Part shown: positions 1 through 9,670 of the stretch, one piece after another
Layout: every line of letters starts with the position of its first letter
Position numbering within the stretch: position 1 is the stretch's first letter
IMG/VR virus record: IMGVR_UViG_3300047157_000171
Direction: 5' to 3' (one strand)
DNA from: a virus
DNA: 64,000 bases
Made by a program: the position numbers and the translations under genes
The notes under the pieces: model-generated
The model's database searches: none
What the model was told of the DNA's origin: nothing
What the model saw: the letters and a program-made list of their open reading frames with translations, nothing else

Positions 1-1
1 T

Positions 2-1249
2 AGATGTAGGAATATTATTACCGTAAGCGAGTATGTAATTCTTATCTGATAATACCACAACGTTTTTACTGGGTTTATCAGTGTTTTTAACGATAGTCTC
101 TTTTATTTTTATCTCCTTCTCAGGTGTGTTATCTTCTTCATTACTAAATAAAAGACCAAACCCTTTTCTGGTTTTAATATGTATATTTTTTAATATCTCA
201 TTATTAAAAGCATCGTTGGTTTTCTCAACGTCGTATTGTGTTGGAACATTCCTGAAATATAACGGAAATATTGATGTCATTTTTTGTGGGTCAACATTTG
301 ATGGGTGTTTGATGTAGTTCTCTAAAGAACTTAACCCTGTTAATCCACGATTTATTATCTGTTTAATTTCATGTCTGAGATTAAAGGATAAATCTTCTAA
401 ATCATCACCATTAACGATAGTAGAAAATAACAATTCTTTTTTATCGTTTTCAATTTCAGTTGTTTGATTAAAGTATAACGTTTCTGTTATTTCTTTTTGT
501 TTCGCTAATTTATACACATAAAGAGTCGAAGTACAATTTCCATCACAATTAAGGTCATCAATAAGGTATTCAATTAATACTTCAGTATGTACAAATTGAT
601 TCACTTTAGAGGTGATTTCTTTACCTTCACTTATTGTTGTTGTCGTATCAAATTTAGATACCTGAATCATCGCAGGATTAGAGTCTCTAATAGGTTCTCT
701 TTTTGAGACAACCTCATCGTCTTTAATTTTTCCAGCCCTAATCACTATTGCTTTTTGAGTCCAAAGAATATCTGAGTTTAATCTACTCGATATTGCAAAA
801 TCTTCAGTTTTAGGAATTGCTCCGTCATAAGTTTTTTTAACAAACTCTCCTGTTGATTTATAAATGTCTTTTGCTTTCTTATACTTTAACCCCTCTTTTG
901 ATTGTGACATCATATGCTCCGCACTTGAAGGGTTTGGATATCCTTGGTCGACTATAGACATTGGTATATAGAAACCATCTATAAATTTAGAGTCGGTATC
1001 GGTATATAATATATTAACGGATTCACCCACCTTAGGAACCATATTGATATGGTTAGGTAATAATGGTACAAACATAAACGGGTCAGATACTGCGTTCCAC
1101 CTGTCTTTTTGTTCTGAATACTTTCCTGAATACTCTGTAACATAAACCTCATCAGAAACAATCCACTCAACAGGGTCGATTCTAATTCTACCTAACGATT
1201 TCGGGTCTTTATTGTCTTTTACAACCCCCTTAAAAATGAGTTTAGACAT
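2..1249 (-). CDS. gp5/VgrG-like baseplate spike protein with N-terminal OB-fold (3' end beyond window edge; absent from ORF track)
   Basis: Hand translation from ATG at 1249: MSKLIFKGVVKDNKDPKSLGRIRIDPVEW...PFMFVPLLPNHINMVPKVGESVNIIY. The 'V..N.DP..LGRIR....P.VGE.V' pattern is typical of gp5 OB-folds. The frame is open at the segments checked and runs to the window start. The ATG overlaps the stop of the upstream gene. Confidence 0.75.
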   Translation of the reverse strand, partial: MSKLIFKGVVKDNKDPKSLGRIRIDPVEWIVSDEVYVTEYSGKYSEQKDRWNAVSDPFMFVPLLPNHINMVPKVGESVNILYTDTDSKFIDGFYIPMSIVDQGYPNPSSAEHMMSQSKEGLKYKKAKDIYKSTGEFVKKTYDGAIPKTEDFAISSRLNSDILWTQKAIVIRAGKIKDDEVVSKREPIRDSNPAMIQVSKFDTTTTISEGKEITSKVNQFVHTEVLIEYLIDDLNCDGNCTSTLYVYKLAKQKEITETLYFNQTTEIENDKKELLFSTIVNGDDLEDLSFNLRHEIKQIINRGLTGLSSLENYIKHPSNVDPQKMTSIFPLYFRNVPTQYDVEKTNDAFNNEILKNIHIKTRKGFGLLFSNEEDNTPEKEIKIKETIVKNTDKPSKNVVVLSDKNYILAYGNNIPTS

Positions 1250-1451
1250 CTGTTATACCTTTTCTTTTTTTAACTTCTTCGGAGATTTGATAATAACTGT
1301 TTTCCACATTATCTAAATGGTGTGATAATTGAATCATTAATGTCTTAGTGTCTTCAAATTCCTTTGATAAAATAGTTGCCGCTTCGATTAAATCTTTATT
1401 AGACCTTTTCGATGCGTTTTCTGCTATTTCTAAAATTATCTTTATATCCAT
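1242..1451 (-). CDS. small coiled-coil hypothetical protein
   Basis: 69-aa ORF tightly coupled to both neighbours; helical and amphipathic. Confidence 0.7.
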   Translation of the reverse strand: MDIKIILEIAENASKRSNKDLIEAATILSKEFEDTKTLMIQLSHHLDNVENSYYQISEEVKKRKGITDV

Positions 1452-3299
1452 TTAATATGATGTTAGTGGTACTGACTTACCCGTTACAAATGGTGTTACT
1501 ACAGGACCTAATGGATGAGCTCCAGTTGCCGGTAATGACACAAATTGATTAACCCCATTCTCACCTAGTTCTTTCATTGCTCCTTTCATAATAGAATCTA
1601 CTAATAGTATATGTTTATTTGGTGAACCGTCCGGTAAACTACCAAGACTCACACCTTGTTTTTCCATGAATTGAATCGCATTGTTGTAAGCTCTTGTTGA
1701 GTTTGCCCCTTCCCTTGCGTATGCACCATAAAGAAGTGGAAACGGTACCCCTAAAGGTATACCTGATTTAAGGTTAAGTAAAGATAATAGTCCTTGAATG
1801 ATACCTATACACGTACTAAAGTCTGTTGTGGTTATAAATTTGTGTAACATAGATAATAGGGCTAGTATAATAGCATATCTACCTCTTAATTGTTGTTTAG
1901 CAATTTCTTTAAGAACCATAGAAACTATTTGAGTTAACTCTTTTTTAATTTCATCCATCAGTTCTTTTTTATACATATCAAACACCCTTTTACCAACTCG
2001 AGTCATAAAACGTTTGTTATTTTCAGCAAATTCCTTTACGTCCTTCGACTTACCTTTAGCCTCATCAATCGCTTTAGTTAATATTATAAATGGAAGAACC
2101 GTTTTTGGTCCCAGCACTTTACCCATTATTGTTGTTGGTAATTGTTTGAATATGTCTAAATTAAGGTTAAGATTTATTGTAGGAACATCAAATCCTGATT
2201 GTTCTACAAATCCACTACCGATATTTTGTAATAACCCTTCTAATACCTCAGACTCAGAAATATTATCTGAATCTAAATCGAGTAAAGAATCGATTAATAA
2301 ATCAGTATTCATCTCACCCTCAAAATTCCCACAATTAACTAATTTATATATTTTATTAATTTTATAATTAAACTCCTCTTCAATTTGTCTTGTATCTTCA
2401 TCGTCAAACGCATAAGACAAATCTTCGTCTTGTGTTGACAAACCATCAATTAAACTTTCTTGTATTAACGCATCCTGTTCGTAAAAGTCACTACACAAAC
2501 TAGCCAAAATTTGCATCATCTTGTTTAATTCTGCGAATGACTTTACCCTTTTGGTTGAGACATCAATTGAAGCCACACCAAATAGTTGGTCCATTAAGTC
2601 AGACATTAAGTCTTTTGTGTTGAATAGTTCAAAAGATGAGTAATAGTGAGAGACAAAATCGGTTACGTTAATGTCCTTAAATTTTAAATTATATTCTTGA
2701 GTGAAGTCGTCAAAACTAAGGTCAAACATTTCTTTACCGTTTGCCGAGGTAAATGTTTTAGGGGAATTTAGGTCATTACTTATCGTAACGTCGTATAACA
2801 TTTTATTAAGTGGTAAAGGATACAATTCGTTATCTATATCACCTTTTTCGTACATTACTCTACCTGGCATTCCTTCAGGAGAAACTTTTAATAAATCAAA
2901 GAAGTCTATTTCTTCAGGAGATAGGTTTATCTCAATACCCGTCAATGAAAAATCAGTTTCACAATTAATCGCCCTAAACAATTCTTCGATAACTATCTTA
3001 GTTATTTTTGGTGAATCGGTAGAAACTTTCTTAATAATTTTTTTAACGAATGTTTTTACTTTATCAGGGCCACCACCGGAACTTTGAAGTAACGTATTAA
3101 CTAATTTTCCGATAAAATCAGTATTAACTGATTTACCACTACCGTCACCTAATAATTTTTTCTTTAACTTATTTGTGTCTAAATAAGCGGAACCAACAGA
3201 CTGAAGGTCAATTTTCTTCATGTCCGACATTGACTGTAGTACCAACTTTATTGAGTCAATACCTTTATCTAATTTGTTTTGTTCCGTCTTTAATCCCAT
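1452..3299 (-). CDS. hypothetical protein, probably virion-associated
   Basis: 615-aa ORF in a late-motif operon upstream of the spike gene; no recognisable catalytic motif. Confidence 0.7.
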   Translation of the reverse strand: MGLKTEQNKLDKGIDSIKLVLQSMSDMKKIDLQSVGSAYLDTNKLKKKLLGDGSGKSVNTDFIGKLVNTLLQSSGGGPDKVKTFVKKIIKKVSTDSPKITKIVIEELFRAINCETDFSLTGIEINLSPEEIDFFDLLKVSPEGMPGRVMYEKGDIDNELYPLPLNKMLYDVTISNDLNSPKTFTSANGKEMFDLSFDDFTQEYNLKFKDINVTDFVSHYYSSFELFNTKDLMSDLMDQLFGVASIDVSTKRVKSFAELNKMMQILASLCSDFYEQDALIQESLIDGLSTQDEDLSYAFDDEDTRQIEEEFNYKINKIYKLVNCGNFEGEMNTDLLIDSLLDLDSDNISESEVLEGLLQNIGSGFVEQSGFDVPTINLNLNLDIFKQLPTTIMGKVLGPKTVLPFIILTKAIDEAKGKSKDVKEFAENNKRFMTRVGKRVFDMYKKELMDEIKKELTQIVSMVLKEIAKQQLRGRYAIILALLSMLHKFITTTDFSTCIGIIQGLLSLLNLKSGIPLGVPFPLLYGAYAREGANSTRAYNNAIQFMEKQGVSLGSLPDGSPNKHILLVDSIMKGAMKELGENGVNQFVSLPATGAHPLGPVVTPFVTGKSVPLTSY

Positions 3300-3673
3300 T
3301 ACATATTAAAATTATCGTCAGATGGTGTATCATTACCTAAACCATTAACCAAATCCTTTAACATTTCTTTATCGTCATCACTCAAAGAACCACCAATGTC
3401 TTCTCGACCTTCTGATGATTTTTGTATAATGACCTGTTGTAGTTTAGCTAATGATAGTTTTTTTTCTAAAACACTATCTAATATTTTTTGTTGTTCTTTA
3501 ATGATAGGACCCAATAAGGTTAAGTCTTCAGGACCTTTCATAAATCCTAACATTTTATTTTGTATCCTAACTGCGGTATTTCTCTGCTCTACAGTTTCGT
3601 TATATATCTCCTGTAGAAGTGCCATTAAACTTTTTTGTGAAAAATTAATTTCTTTTTTAGTTGTTCTTCCCAT
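3299..3673 (-). CDS. hypothetical helical protein
   Basis: 124-aa ORF preceded by the TATTTATT motif (3678-3685); its stop overlaps the next start. Confidence 0.75.
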   Translation of the reverse strand: MGRTTKKEINFSQKSLMALLQEIYNETVEQRNTAVRIQNKMLGFMKGPEDLTLLGPIIKEQQKILDSVLEKKLSLAKLQQVIIQKSSEGREDIGGSLSDDDKEMLKDLVNGLGNDTPSDDNFNM

Positions 3674-3687
3674 ACTAAATAAATAGT

Positions 3688-4389
3688 TTATTCCTGAATT
3701 ACCTGTAACATCATCTCAGAGTATATTTTTTTATACTTTTTCATTGACGTTCTAATTTCTTTTGTGGTCATAGATGTCATGTCTCTTAATGACAATAATA
3801 TAAGGTTCTTATTGAATTTATTTCCTTCCCCTCCTTGAAATATAACTTCGTAGTTAGTGAACACTTCTATTAACGCATATCCTAACTTTTCTTCATTTTT
3901 ATTAAGGTTAGTGATTTCCATAAAATCTTCTAATTCCTTAACTAAACGTTTAACAACGTCTTCATAATCTAAAGAGTCGTTATGTAAGAAGTATGTCATA
4001 TCAGGTCTGCTCTCAACTGAGGACGATATGTCTTCATAAGATATCTTTCTATTTAATTCTTTTTGGTCCTTTAATATCGCACCCATTAAATAGTTTTTAC
4101 AAATCGTACCAAAATACGAATAAGCCTTAGACCCTTTAGAGGGGTCAAACTTATCCGCTTTAGTGATTAAAAATGATGATACGTCAGTATGTAAAGATTC
4201 GTAATCGAAGTCTCTACGATATAATTTATATCTACGAATTATGCTTTCGACCATTTTACTTAATGGTTTTCTAAGACTCTGATTGTAAATCAGATTTCTT
4301 TCCTCATAGGTTTCTGCTTCTAAATATTTTACTACCGCAGCTTCCTCCTCAGGACCAAAGTATTGTTTGTTTTTTCTAGGTCTAGGCAT
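3688..4389 (-). CDS. phage RNA polymerase sigma factor (gp55/sigma70 region-2-like, probable late sigma)
   Basis: Region-2-like stretch ADKFDPSKGSKAYSYFGTICKNYL (compare sigma70 FDPxKGxKFSTYA). Likely start is MPRPRKNKQYF at 4389; the ORF-track start at 4464 overlaps the upstream gene. Confidence 0.75.
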   Translation of the reverse strand: MPRPRKNKQYFGPEEEAAVVKYLEAETYEERNLIYNQSLRKPLSKMVESIIRRYKLYRRDFDYESLHTDVSSFLITKADKFDPSKGSKAYSYFGTICKNYLMGAILKDQKELNRKISYEDISSSVESRPDMTYFLHNDSLDYEDVVKRLVKELEDFMEITNLNKNEEKLGYALIEVFTNYEVIFQGGEGNKFNKNLILLSLRDMTSMTTKEIRTSMKKYKKIYSEMMLQVIQE

Positions 4390-4397
4390 AATAAGTT

Positions 4398-5174
4398 TTA
4401 GTCTTGGTATGTTATCGCTCGGTCTTCTGTGAAAAATTGCTCTTTCTTTGCCGTCTCTAACCAAAACATTGCCTCGTCAGAACTTAACTTATTTTCTCCT
4501 TCTTTGTAATCCCAAAATAGAGAACCTTTTCTAAAGTTAGTGTGTCTATACGTTAACTTAGGTATAACGAATACTTCATTAGACATATGCGTTAAACGAA
4601 GTAAAAATTCGTAACCAAAAGATAATTTAACATTACTCTTAAGACCACCAACTTCGTTATAGACAGACGTTTTAATAATCATACCACTGGTTTGATAGTT
4701 CTCGTAAGACGATAACGATTCGTTATCTAAGTATCCTATAGTTTCTGTTAGGTTCATCGCCCAAACAGATTCATTTGTAAATGACAAGAACTCACCCTGT
4801 GAATTAGTGTCTATGACGATAGGTAGAAAGGTTGATACATCAGGATACGCGTTAATGTGTTGTATAGCGTTTTGTATGTATGTTGGAGTAATCTCATCAT
4901 CCACCTCAGTAATTGCGATGTATTCTGATTTAGTGTTTTGTGCTCCAAAATTAATCTGTGAACAAAAATCAGTTTCTCCAGTGTTCTCTAATAAGGACAC
5001 ATAAGATTCTAAGCTATATTCATTCAAATATTTGGTTAACTCTTTTGTTGGTTTATAAACAATAGTTAATGTAAAATCCTTAACTGTTTGTTTAGATACC
5101 GATTCCATAAAGGTCTCAAATCTCGACCTGAGCTCTTTATTGATTGTATGTATAGGTAAAATTAAATTAATCAT
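4398..5174 (-). CDS. glycosyltransferase, GT2/GT-A fold
   Basis: N-terminal ILPIH strand, 'DFCSQINFG', DxD-like 'EVDDE', 'GGLK...GYEFLLRL'. Confidence 0.8.
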   Translation of the reverse strand: MINLILPIHTINKELRSRFETFMESVSKQTVKDFTLTIVYKPTKELTKYLNEYSLESYVSLLENTGETDFCSQINFGAQNTKSEYIAITEVDDEITPTYIQNAIQHINAYPDVSTFLPIVIDTNSQGEFLSFTNESVWAMNLTETIGYLDNESLSSYENYQTSGMIIKTSVYNEVGGLKSNVKLSFGYEFLLRLTHMSNEVFVIPKLTYRHTNFRKGSLFWDYKEGENKLSSDEAMFWLETAKKEQFFTEDRAITYQD

Positions 5175-6225
5175 TTTCTTCTAATTCTTTAAATTTATCG
5201 ACTGTGAACTCTAATTGTTCTTTTCTCTTTTTTGTTATGTTTGTAAAAACACTTAACGTTTCTTTTGTGAATGTTTCATAAGTTAATTTACTTACCGTTG
5301 AATCCATCTCATCGTATAAGTCTGATGGTATTCTATCTTCTAACCATCCCTTAAATACAGACGCAACTAAATCCACAATTTGATTTGAATCTATAGTCCA
5401 AATACCATTATCCTCTGTCATCCAATCAGGTTTAAGTGTTGGTATTTTACCAATAACAGGTACTCCTGATTTCATAGACTCTAATGGGAATGTTCCATAA
5501 CCTGAAACGTCATCAACCCAAACAGATAAACACGACTCTCTTAATGTTGTCGCGAATTCTTCTTGAGTTAATCCTCTCATATCTCTAAATGTTACCCATT
5601 TAAATTGTGGGTACTTCACATAGAAAGATTTGATTAATTTCATAGTATCTCTTTGGTCACGTGTGTGTATAGAAATAATTGGTTTTTGTGGTTTATCTGA
5701 CTTTGTAAACAATTCAGAAATAAACGGTGTAATAACATCGATATTCAGTTTCTTAAATAAGTCATTAAGATATTGTTTTTGGTCTAAACTTGTAGTTATA
5801 ACCTTATTAAACCCAAAGGAGTTCCAAGTAGCACCTGGTTTTAATGTTTCAAATAAATAATCGTATGACTGACATAGAACTACTTTATTACATGGCATAT
5901 CCGCAATTTGTTCCATTACGTGAGCAAATAACTCAGGTATGATAACTAAGTCATCAGGTCTAACTTGAAGACTACCCTCTTCTATTGAAACAACAGGTGT
6001 TTCATCATACTCTAATGGTAACCAAGAAGAAACCCCTTCATAGTCTTTATTTTCAACTAAGATATGAGCGTTGAACTCATTCTCATTTAATACTCTTACT
6101 AAATCGTAAGAATGTTTGATTGATGCTTTAGCATTACCTTTAGCATCTTGTACGAACACATAAACGTTCGACTCTAATTTGTCGAGACGTTCGATAGCCT
6201 CGTTAATTACTTTTACTTTATCCAT
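5167..6225 (-). CDS. glycosyltransferase, GT-B (GT4-like) fold
   Basis: C-terminal 'EEFATTLRESCLSVWVDDVSGYGTFPLESMKSGVPVIG' matches the GT4 E-x7-E / G.PVI region. Confidence 0.75.
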   Translation of the reverse strand: MDKVKVINEAIERLDKLESNVYVFVQDAKGNAKASIKHSYDLVRVLNENEFNAHILVENKDYEGVSSWLPLEYDETPVVSIEEGSLQVRPDDLVIIPELFAHVMEQIADMPCNKVVLCQSYDYLFETLKPGATWNSFGFNKVITTSLDQKQYLNDLFKKLNIDVITPFISELFTKSDKPQKPIISIHTRDQRDTMKLIKSFYVKYPQFKWVTFRDMRGLTQEEFATTLRESCLSVWVDDVSGYGTFPLESMKSGVPVIGKIPTLKPDWMTEDNGIWTIDSNQIVDLVASVFKGWLEDRIPSDLYDEMDSTVSKLTYETFTKETLSVFTNITKKRKEQLEFTVDKFKELEEND

Positions 6226-6263
6226 GCTCTTTATTTAATGGTTTAATAATTTATTTGTAAATC

Positions 6264-6434
6264 TTATCCTTGTTCCTCTACAGAAGATTTACGATAATCA
6301 GTTACTAATTTCTTAATCTCACCGATTGATTTACGTGCTCTTGTTTGAGACGCTTTAGTAGTTCCATTGTGGTTTTCTACGAAGTCATTGTAGTGACTTT
6401 CTATTGCTTCGAAAATTTCTTGTTTTTTTGACAT
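6264..6434 (-). CDS. histone H1-like (Hc1-family) small basic protein; absent from ORF track
   Basis: Hand translation MSKKQEIFEAIESHYNDFVENHNGTTKASQTRARKSIGEIKKLVTDYRKSSVEEQG (56 aa). 'KA..TRARKS..E..KL...YRK.S.EE' is the signature of Bacteroidota Hc1-like proteins. Confidence 0.75.
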   Translation of the reverse strand: MSKKQEIFEAIESHYNDFVENHNGTTKASQTRARKSIGEIKKLVTDYRKSSVEEQG

Positions 6435-6446
6435 TTTTTTTTGTTT

Positions 6447-6806
6447 TTAATTTAATGGTTTAATTATACCATAGTTTAGTAATGTATTGAAACTTAATTT
6501 AAATGAGAACGGCATTTTTTTAAATCCATATGATATTCCCATTGCGGAGTCAATATCTTCCCCACCTTTTTCGTCCATAACAACTTCTAAAACATATTTT
6601 AAAAGTTCATATTTGGAGACGTTTAATCCCCCATCTTCCATTTCTTCTATTTCACTTTCGACACCTTTATCATCTTCTACCACTTTAACCACTTTTCTTG
6701 GTGGCATTTTAACGGCTTCGTGATAAGCATCTAAATCTAAAATATACGATAACCCCTCAACATCTAAGGTATATGGGATTAAATATGATTTGTCTTCGTT
6801 CGGCAT
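6447..6806 (-). CDS. hypothetical protein
   Basis: 119-aa ORF coupled to its neighbours in the minus-strand operon. Confidence 0.7.
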   Translation of the reverse strand: MPNEDKSYLIPYTLDVEGLSYILDLDAYHEAVKMPPRKVVKVVEDDKGVESEIEEMEDGGLNVSKYELLKYVLEVVMDEKGGEDIDSAMGISYGFKKMPFSFKLSFNTLLNYGIIKPLN

Positions 6807-7390
6807 TATAACTCTATTTCTTTTACATTCGTTAATGTTTCTACTGAATGGTTAGATTCATAATCTTTATTATATTCAGTTTCAACCTTTATTGATATTT
6901 TATCGTTTGGTTTTTGTTCTAAAACCTCACAGTCTGTTGTAATCCATATGTCACAATTTTCCCACATTGAATCAATAGTGTCTTTTTTATAAAACTTATA
7001 GTTATCGACATAACTACTATTTTTAGACATAAAGAATAGAGACGCCGCTTTACCCTTACCTAATTCATCAGAGACTATTGTGATTTCCCAATCTTTCTTT
7101 TCTTTCAAAAGGTCTGTTAGGTCTTTAAAAGCCCCCATATATGTTGGGGCAGAATGACCAAATATTTCCATAGCAAACTCAATAAAGAAGAAATACTTTA
7201 ATTCATCTTCATCTTGAAATTTAAAATGGTTTGAGATGTCATTTGTATTAACAGGTAAAACCATATCATACTCAAAACTCTCCTCGTCTTCAGAATCTGA
7301 TTCGATATAATACTTACGATATTCAGACGCTGCTTTTGCGAATGTGTCTCGTAATACACCTGTAATGTTAATATACACTTGTTTCATCAT
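6806..7390 (-). CDS. HAD-fold, 5'(3')-deoxyribonucleotidase (NT5C)-like protein with degenerate catalytic motifs
   Basis: 'YINITGVLRD' in place of DxDGVLxD; 'IVS' (motif II); 'DIWITTD' in place of DxLIDD; C-terminal 'YN'. Confidence 0.6.
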   Translation of the reverse strand: MMKQVYINITGVLRDTFAKAASEYRKYYIESDSEDEESFEYDMVLPVNTNDISNHFKFQDEDELKYFFFIEFAMEIFGHSAPTYMGAFKDLTDLLKEKKDWEITIVSDELGKGKAASLFFMSKNSSYVDNYKFYKKDTIDSMWENCDIWITTDCEVLEQKPNDKISIKVETEYNKDYESNHSVETLTNVKEIEL

Positions 7391-7432
7391 TAAAATATAG
7401 ATTTAATATACTTAAAGTAAAGTTTGTTATAT

Positions 7433-8152
7433 TTAGTCGTATTTCTCTAAAATCTGTGAGATTAAAGGGTTCCTAACAATGTCTTTATTATCGAACTCAA
7501 AGACTCCCACCTCATTCACACTACCTAATCGATTAACGATGTCGTATAAACCTGATTGTCTTTTATCTTTGTATCTGTCCGTTTGTTCTAAATCTCCTGA
7601 TATGAAGAATTTAGAATTAAACCCAATCCTTGTCAGTAGTAATTTCATTTGACCCGGAGTTGCGTTCTGTGCTTCTTCAAAAATTAAAATAGAATTGTCG
7701 ATATTCATACCTCTCATATATGCAAGTGCAAATACTTCGATATAATTCATCTCTTTTAATTTTTCTCTTTGTTCTTTTCCTATGATTTTATTTAATAAGT
7801 AATATGTTGGAAATATATAAGGGTCTAACTTTTCTTCAACTCCACCCGGTAATGAACCTAGTTTCTCTTCGGCCTCAACGGCAGGTCTAACAATTATTAT
7901 TTTTTCATACTTATTATCTTCTCTGTGTAATAACTCAACGGCTTTCATCATCGCCACATATGATTTACCAACACCCGCAGGTCCTGAACATAGAGTTATT
8001 TGATTTTCTTCTAAGATATTCCAATATTCTTTCTGTGCTTCAGTTAGAAATTTTTTCTTAGGGTTTTTTATAAGTGAACGTACAATCTCCTTTTTAGACA
8101 TTCTATGTAAAGGTAGTTGTGGTTCTGTATTTTTATTTTTTCGTGCTCCCAA
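7433..8152 (-). CDS. phoH: PhoH-family ATPase
   Basis: GPAGVGKS Walker A; RPAVEAEEKLGSLPG; AYMRG; EEAQNAT; LLTRIG; GDLEQTD. Confidence 0.95.
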   Translation of the reverse strand: MGARKNKNTEPQLPLHRMSKKEIVRSLIKNPKKKFLTEAQKEYWNILEENQITLCSGPAGVGKSYVAMMKAVELLHREDNKYEKIIIVRPAVEAEEKLGSLPGGVEEKLDPYIFPTYYLLNKIIGKEQREKLKEMNYIEVFALAYMRGMNIDNSILIFEEAQNATPGQMKLLLTRIGFNSKFFISGDLEQTDRYKDKRQSGLYDIVNRLGSVNEVGVFEFDNKDIVRNPLISQILEKYD

Positions 8153-8237
8153 ATTAATTGTGTTTAATTTATCACTTTATGATACTACTAATATCACCTA
8201 TAACCGTCAAAAATCAATAGATAGTCTAACCCCTTTA

Positions 8238-8861
8238 TTAATTTTTTCCCGTAGACCCAAAACCTCCATCACCTCTGTCGGTATTAACTAAAGAATCAAC
8301 AGGGCTCAAAGTGGCACTTAACTTAGTTAGTACGGGGCATAACACTGCTTGTGCTATTCTATCACCTTGTATTATCTTTGTAATTTCATTCGATAAGTTG
8401 ACTAAGATAATTTTAATCTCACCAGTATAACCTTGGTCCACAGTCCCCGGTGTGTTTAACACAGTTAGACCTTGTTTTGCTGCTAACCCACTTCTTGGTC
8501 TAACTTGTAGTTCGTAACCCACAGGAATTTTAAAATATAACCCTGTTGGTACGACAAATCTTTCTAACGGTTTTAACGTTATGGATTCTCCGCAATTAGC
8601 TCTTAAGTCAAACCCACTATCCCCGTCATAAACATATTCAGGGTCTTTGTTACTTGATTTGTTAATAAACCCTAAACTCACCACTGGTTTATTTTCTTCA
8701 ATAATCGCTTTTTGAAGTTCATTTGTTAACTCAGAGAATTGTTCGTTTATTTTATTCTCATCAAAATCTACATCATCGACATCAAAATTTTCGTCAGATA
8801 AGTTACCAAACTTTTCAGTGACAATACGTGTTAGTTTTTCGTAATCAAAGTTATTTTCCAT
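8238..8861 (-). CDS. dut: trimeric dUTPase with acidic N-terminal extension
   Basis: All five motifs present: SGFDL, RPRSGLA, GTVDQGYTGEI, GDRIAQ, RGDGGFGSTG. Confidence 0.95.
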   Translation of the reverse strand: MENNFDYEKLTRIVTEKFGNLSDENFDVDDVDFDENKINEQFSELTNELQKAIIEENKPVVSLGFINKSSNKDPEYVYDGDSGFDLRANCGESITLKPLERFVVPTGLYFKIPVGYELQVRPRSGLAAKQGLTVLNTPGTVDQGYTGEIKIILVNLSNEITKIIQGDRIAQAVLCPVLTKLSATLSPVDSLVNTDRGDGGFGSTGKN

Positions 8862-9429
8862 TATTCATTTCTTTTTCTTCTAAAATGGCTAAATCTGTCG
8901 CTTGTTTTAATAGTTGACCTAATTTAGTTGTATACCATCTTACTTGTTTATCATCATCACTTTTATCGTGATTTAAGATTGCTTGGTATTCATCTTCCGT
9001 TAATTTAACACCGTTAGAGAGTGCGTAATGTGCACTCCTTTCTCCAACCCTCATTGATACTAATTCTTCGTTATACTCAAAGTATTTACCCAAATTAGTC
9101 ATATGCCACTCACTTTTACAAGGGGTGAATAAGAATGTCTTACCAATTTCGGATAAAAATGAAACCTTAAGTATAGATTCCATAGTTTCCTGCATTGATT
9201 CGGGAATTACTTTATTCAGATAAACGGCATATTTAGCAACCTTTATGGTGTGGTCTAATAACCCACCAGGAAAAGCATTATTCATATCCTTCATAGGAGA
9301 CGCAGGTGATAGAAAATATCCCTGACCCAAAAAGTCTAAAAGGTCTTTTGTGAAAATATTATATTTTTCATTAACCTCTTCAAACTTTTTAATGTTTTTC
9401 TCTAATTTTTGTTTATCTAATGTTACCAT
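8851..9429 (-). CDS. HD-domain (YhaM-like) protein with degenerate metal site
   Basis: 'SPAS....NNAFPGGLLDHT..V', 'LSEIGK' (canonical HDIGK), 'ILNHD'. Confidence 0.65.
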   Translation of the reverse strand: MVTLDKQKLEKNIKKFEEVNEKYNIFTKDLLDFLGQGYFLSPASPMKDMNNAFPGGLLDHTIKVAKYAVYLNKVIPESMQETMESILKVSFLSEIGKTFLFTPCKSEWHMTNLGKYFEYNEELVSMRVGERSAHYALSNGVKLTEDEYQAILNHDKSDDDKQVRWYTTKLGQLLKQATDLAILEEKEMNNGK

Positions 9430-9431
9430 TT

Positions 9432-9668
9432 TTAGTTAGTGTAATACTTTGGAGAAAGTGTTGGGTTTAATACATCCTCGAATGTTGATTTAGTTATTGT
9501 TAACACTTCAGAACCTCTACTATCTTCACTTCTGTATTTTGCAATAACAATCATAGCTTCCTCAACGGATTGAGCCTCTACTAAGTAACGTGACTTTTTC
9601 ATTTTAGGGTTTCCGTCTTTGTCTAAGTTTTCAGTTTCGTAACCTACTGTAATCGTGTAATTCATCAT
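9432..9668 (-). CDS. DUF4494-like protein (Bacteroidota phage-associated)
   Basis: 'YE.....DG.PK..K..YLVEA.S.EEA' pattern. Confidence 0.6.
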   Translation of the reverse strand: MMNYTITVGYETENLDKDGNPKMKKSRYLVEAQSVEEAMIVIAKYRSEDSRGSEVLTITKSTFEDVLNPTLSPKYYTN

Positions 9669-9670
9669 TT

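Noticed and set aside
8238-9429. Uracil-DNA or 2-aminoadenine (Z) genome pathway suggested by the HD protein and dUTPase
   Set aside because: dUTPase is intact, which argues against U-DNA; the HD protein lacks metal ligands; no PurZ-like gene was recognised in the window.
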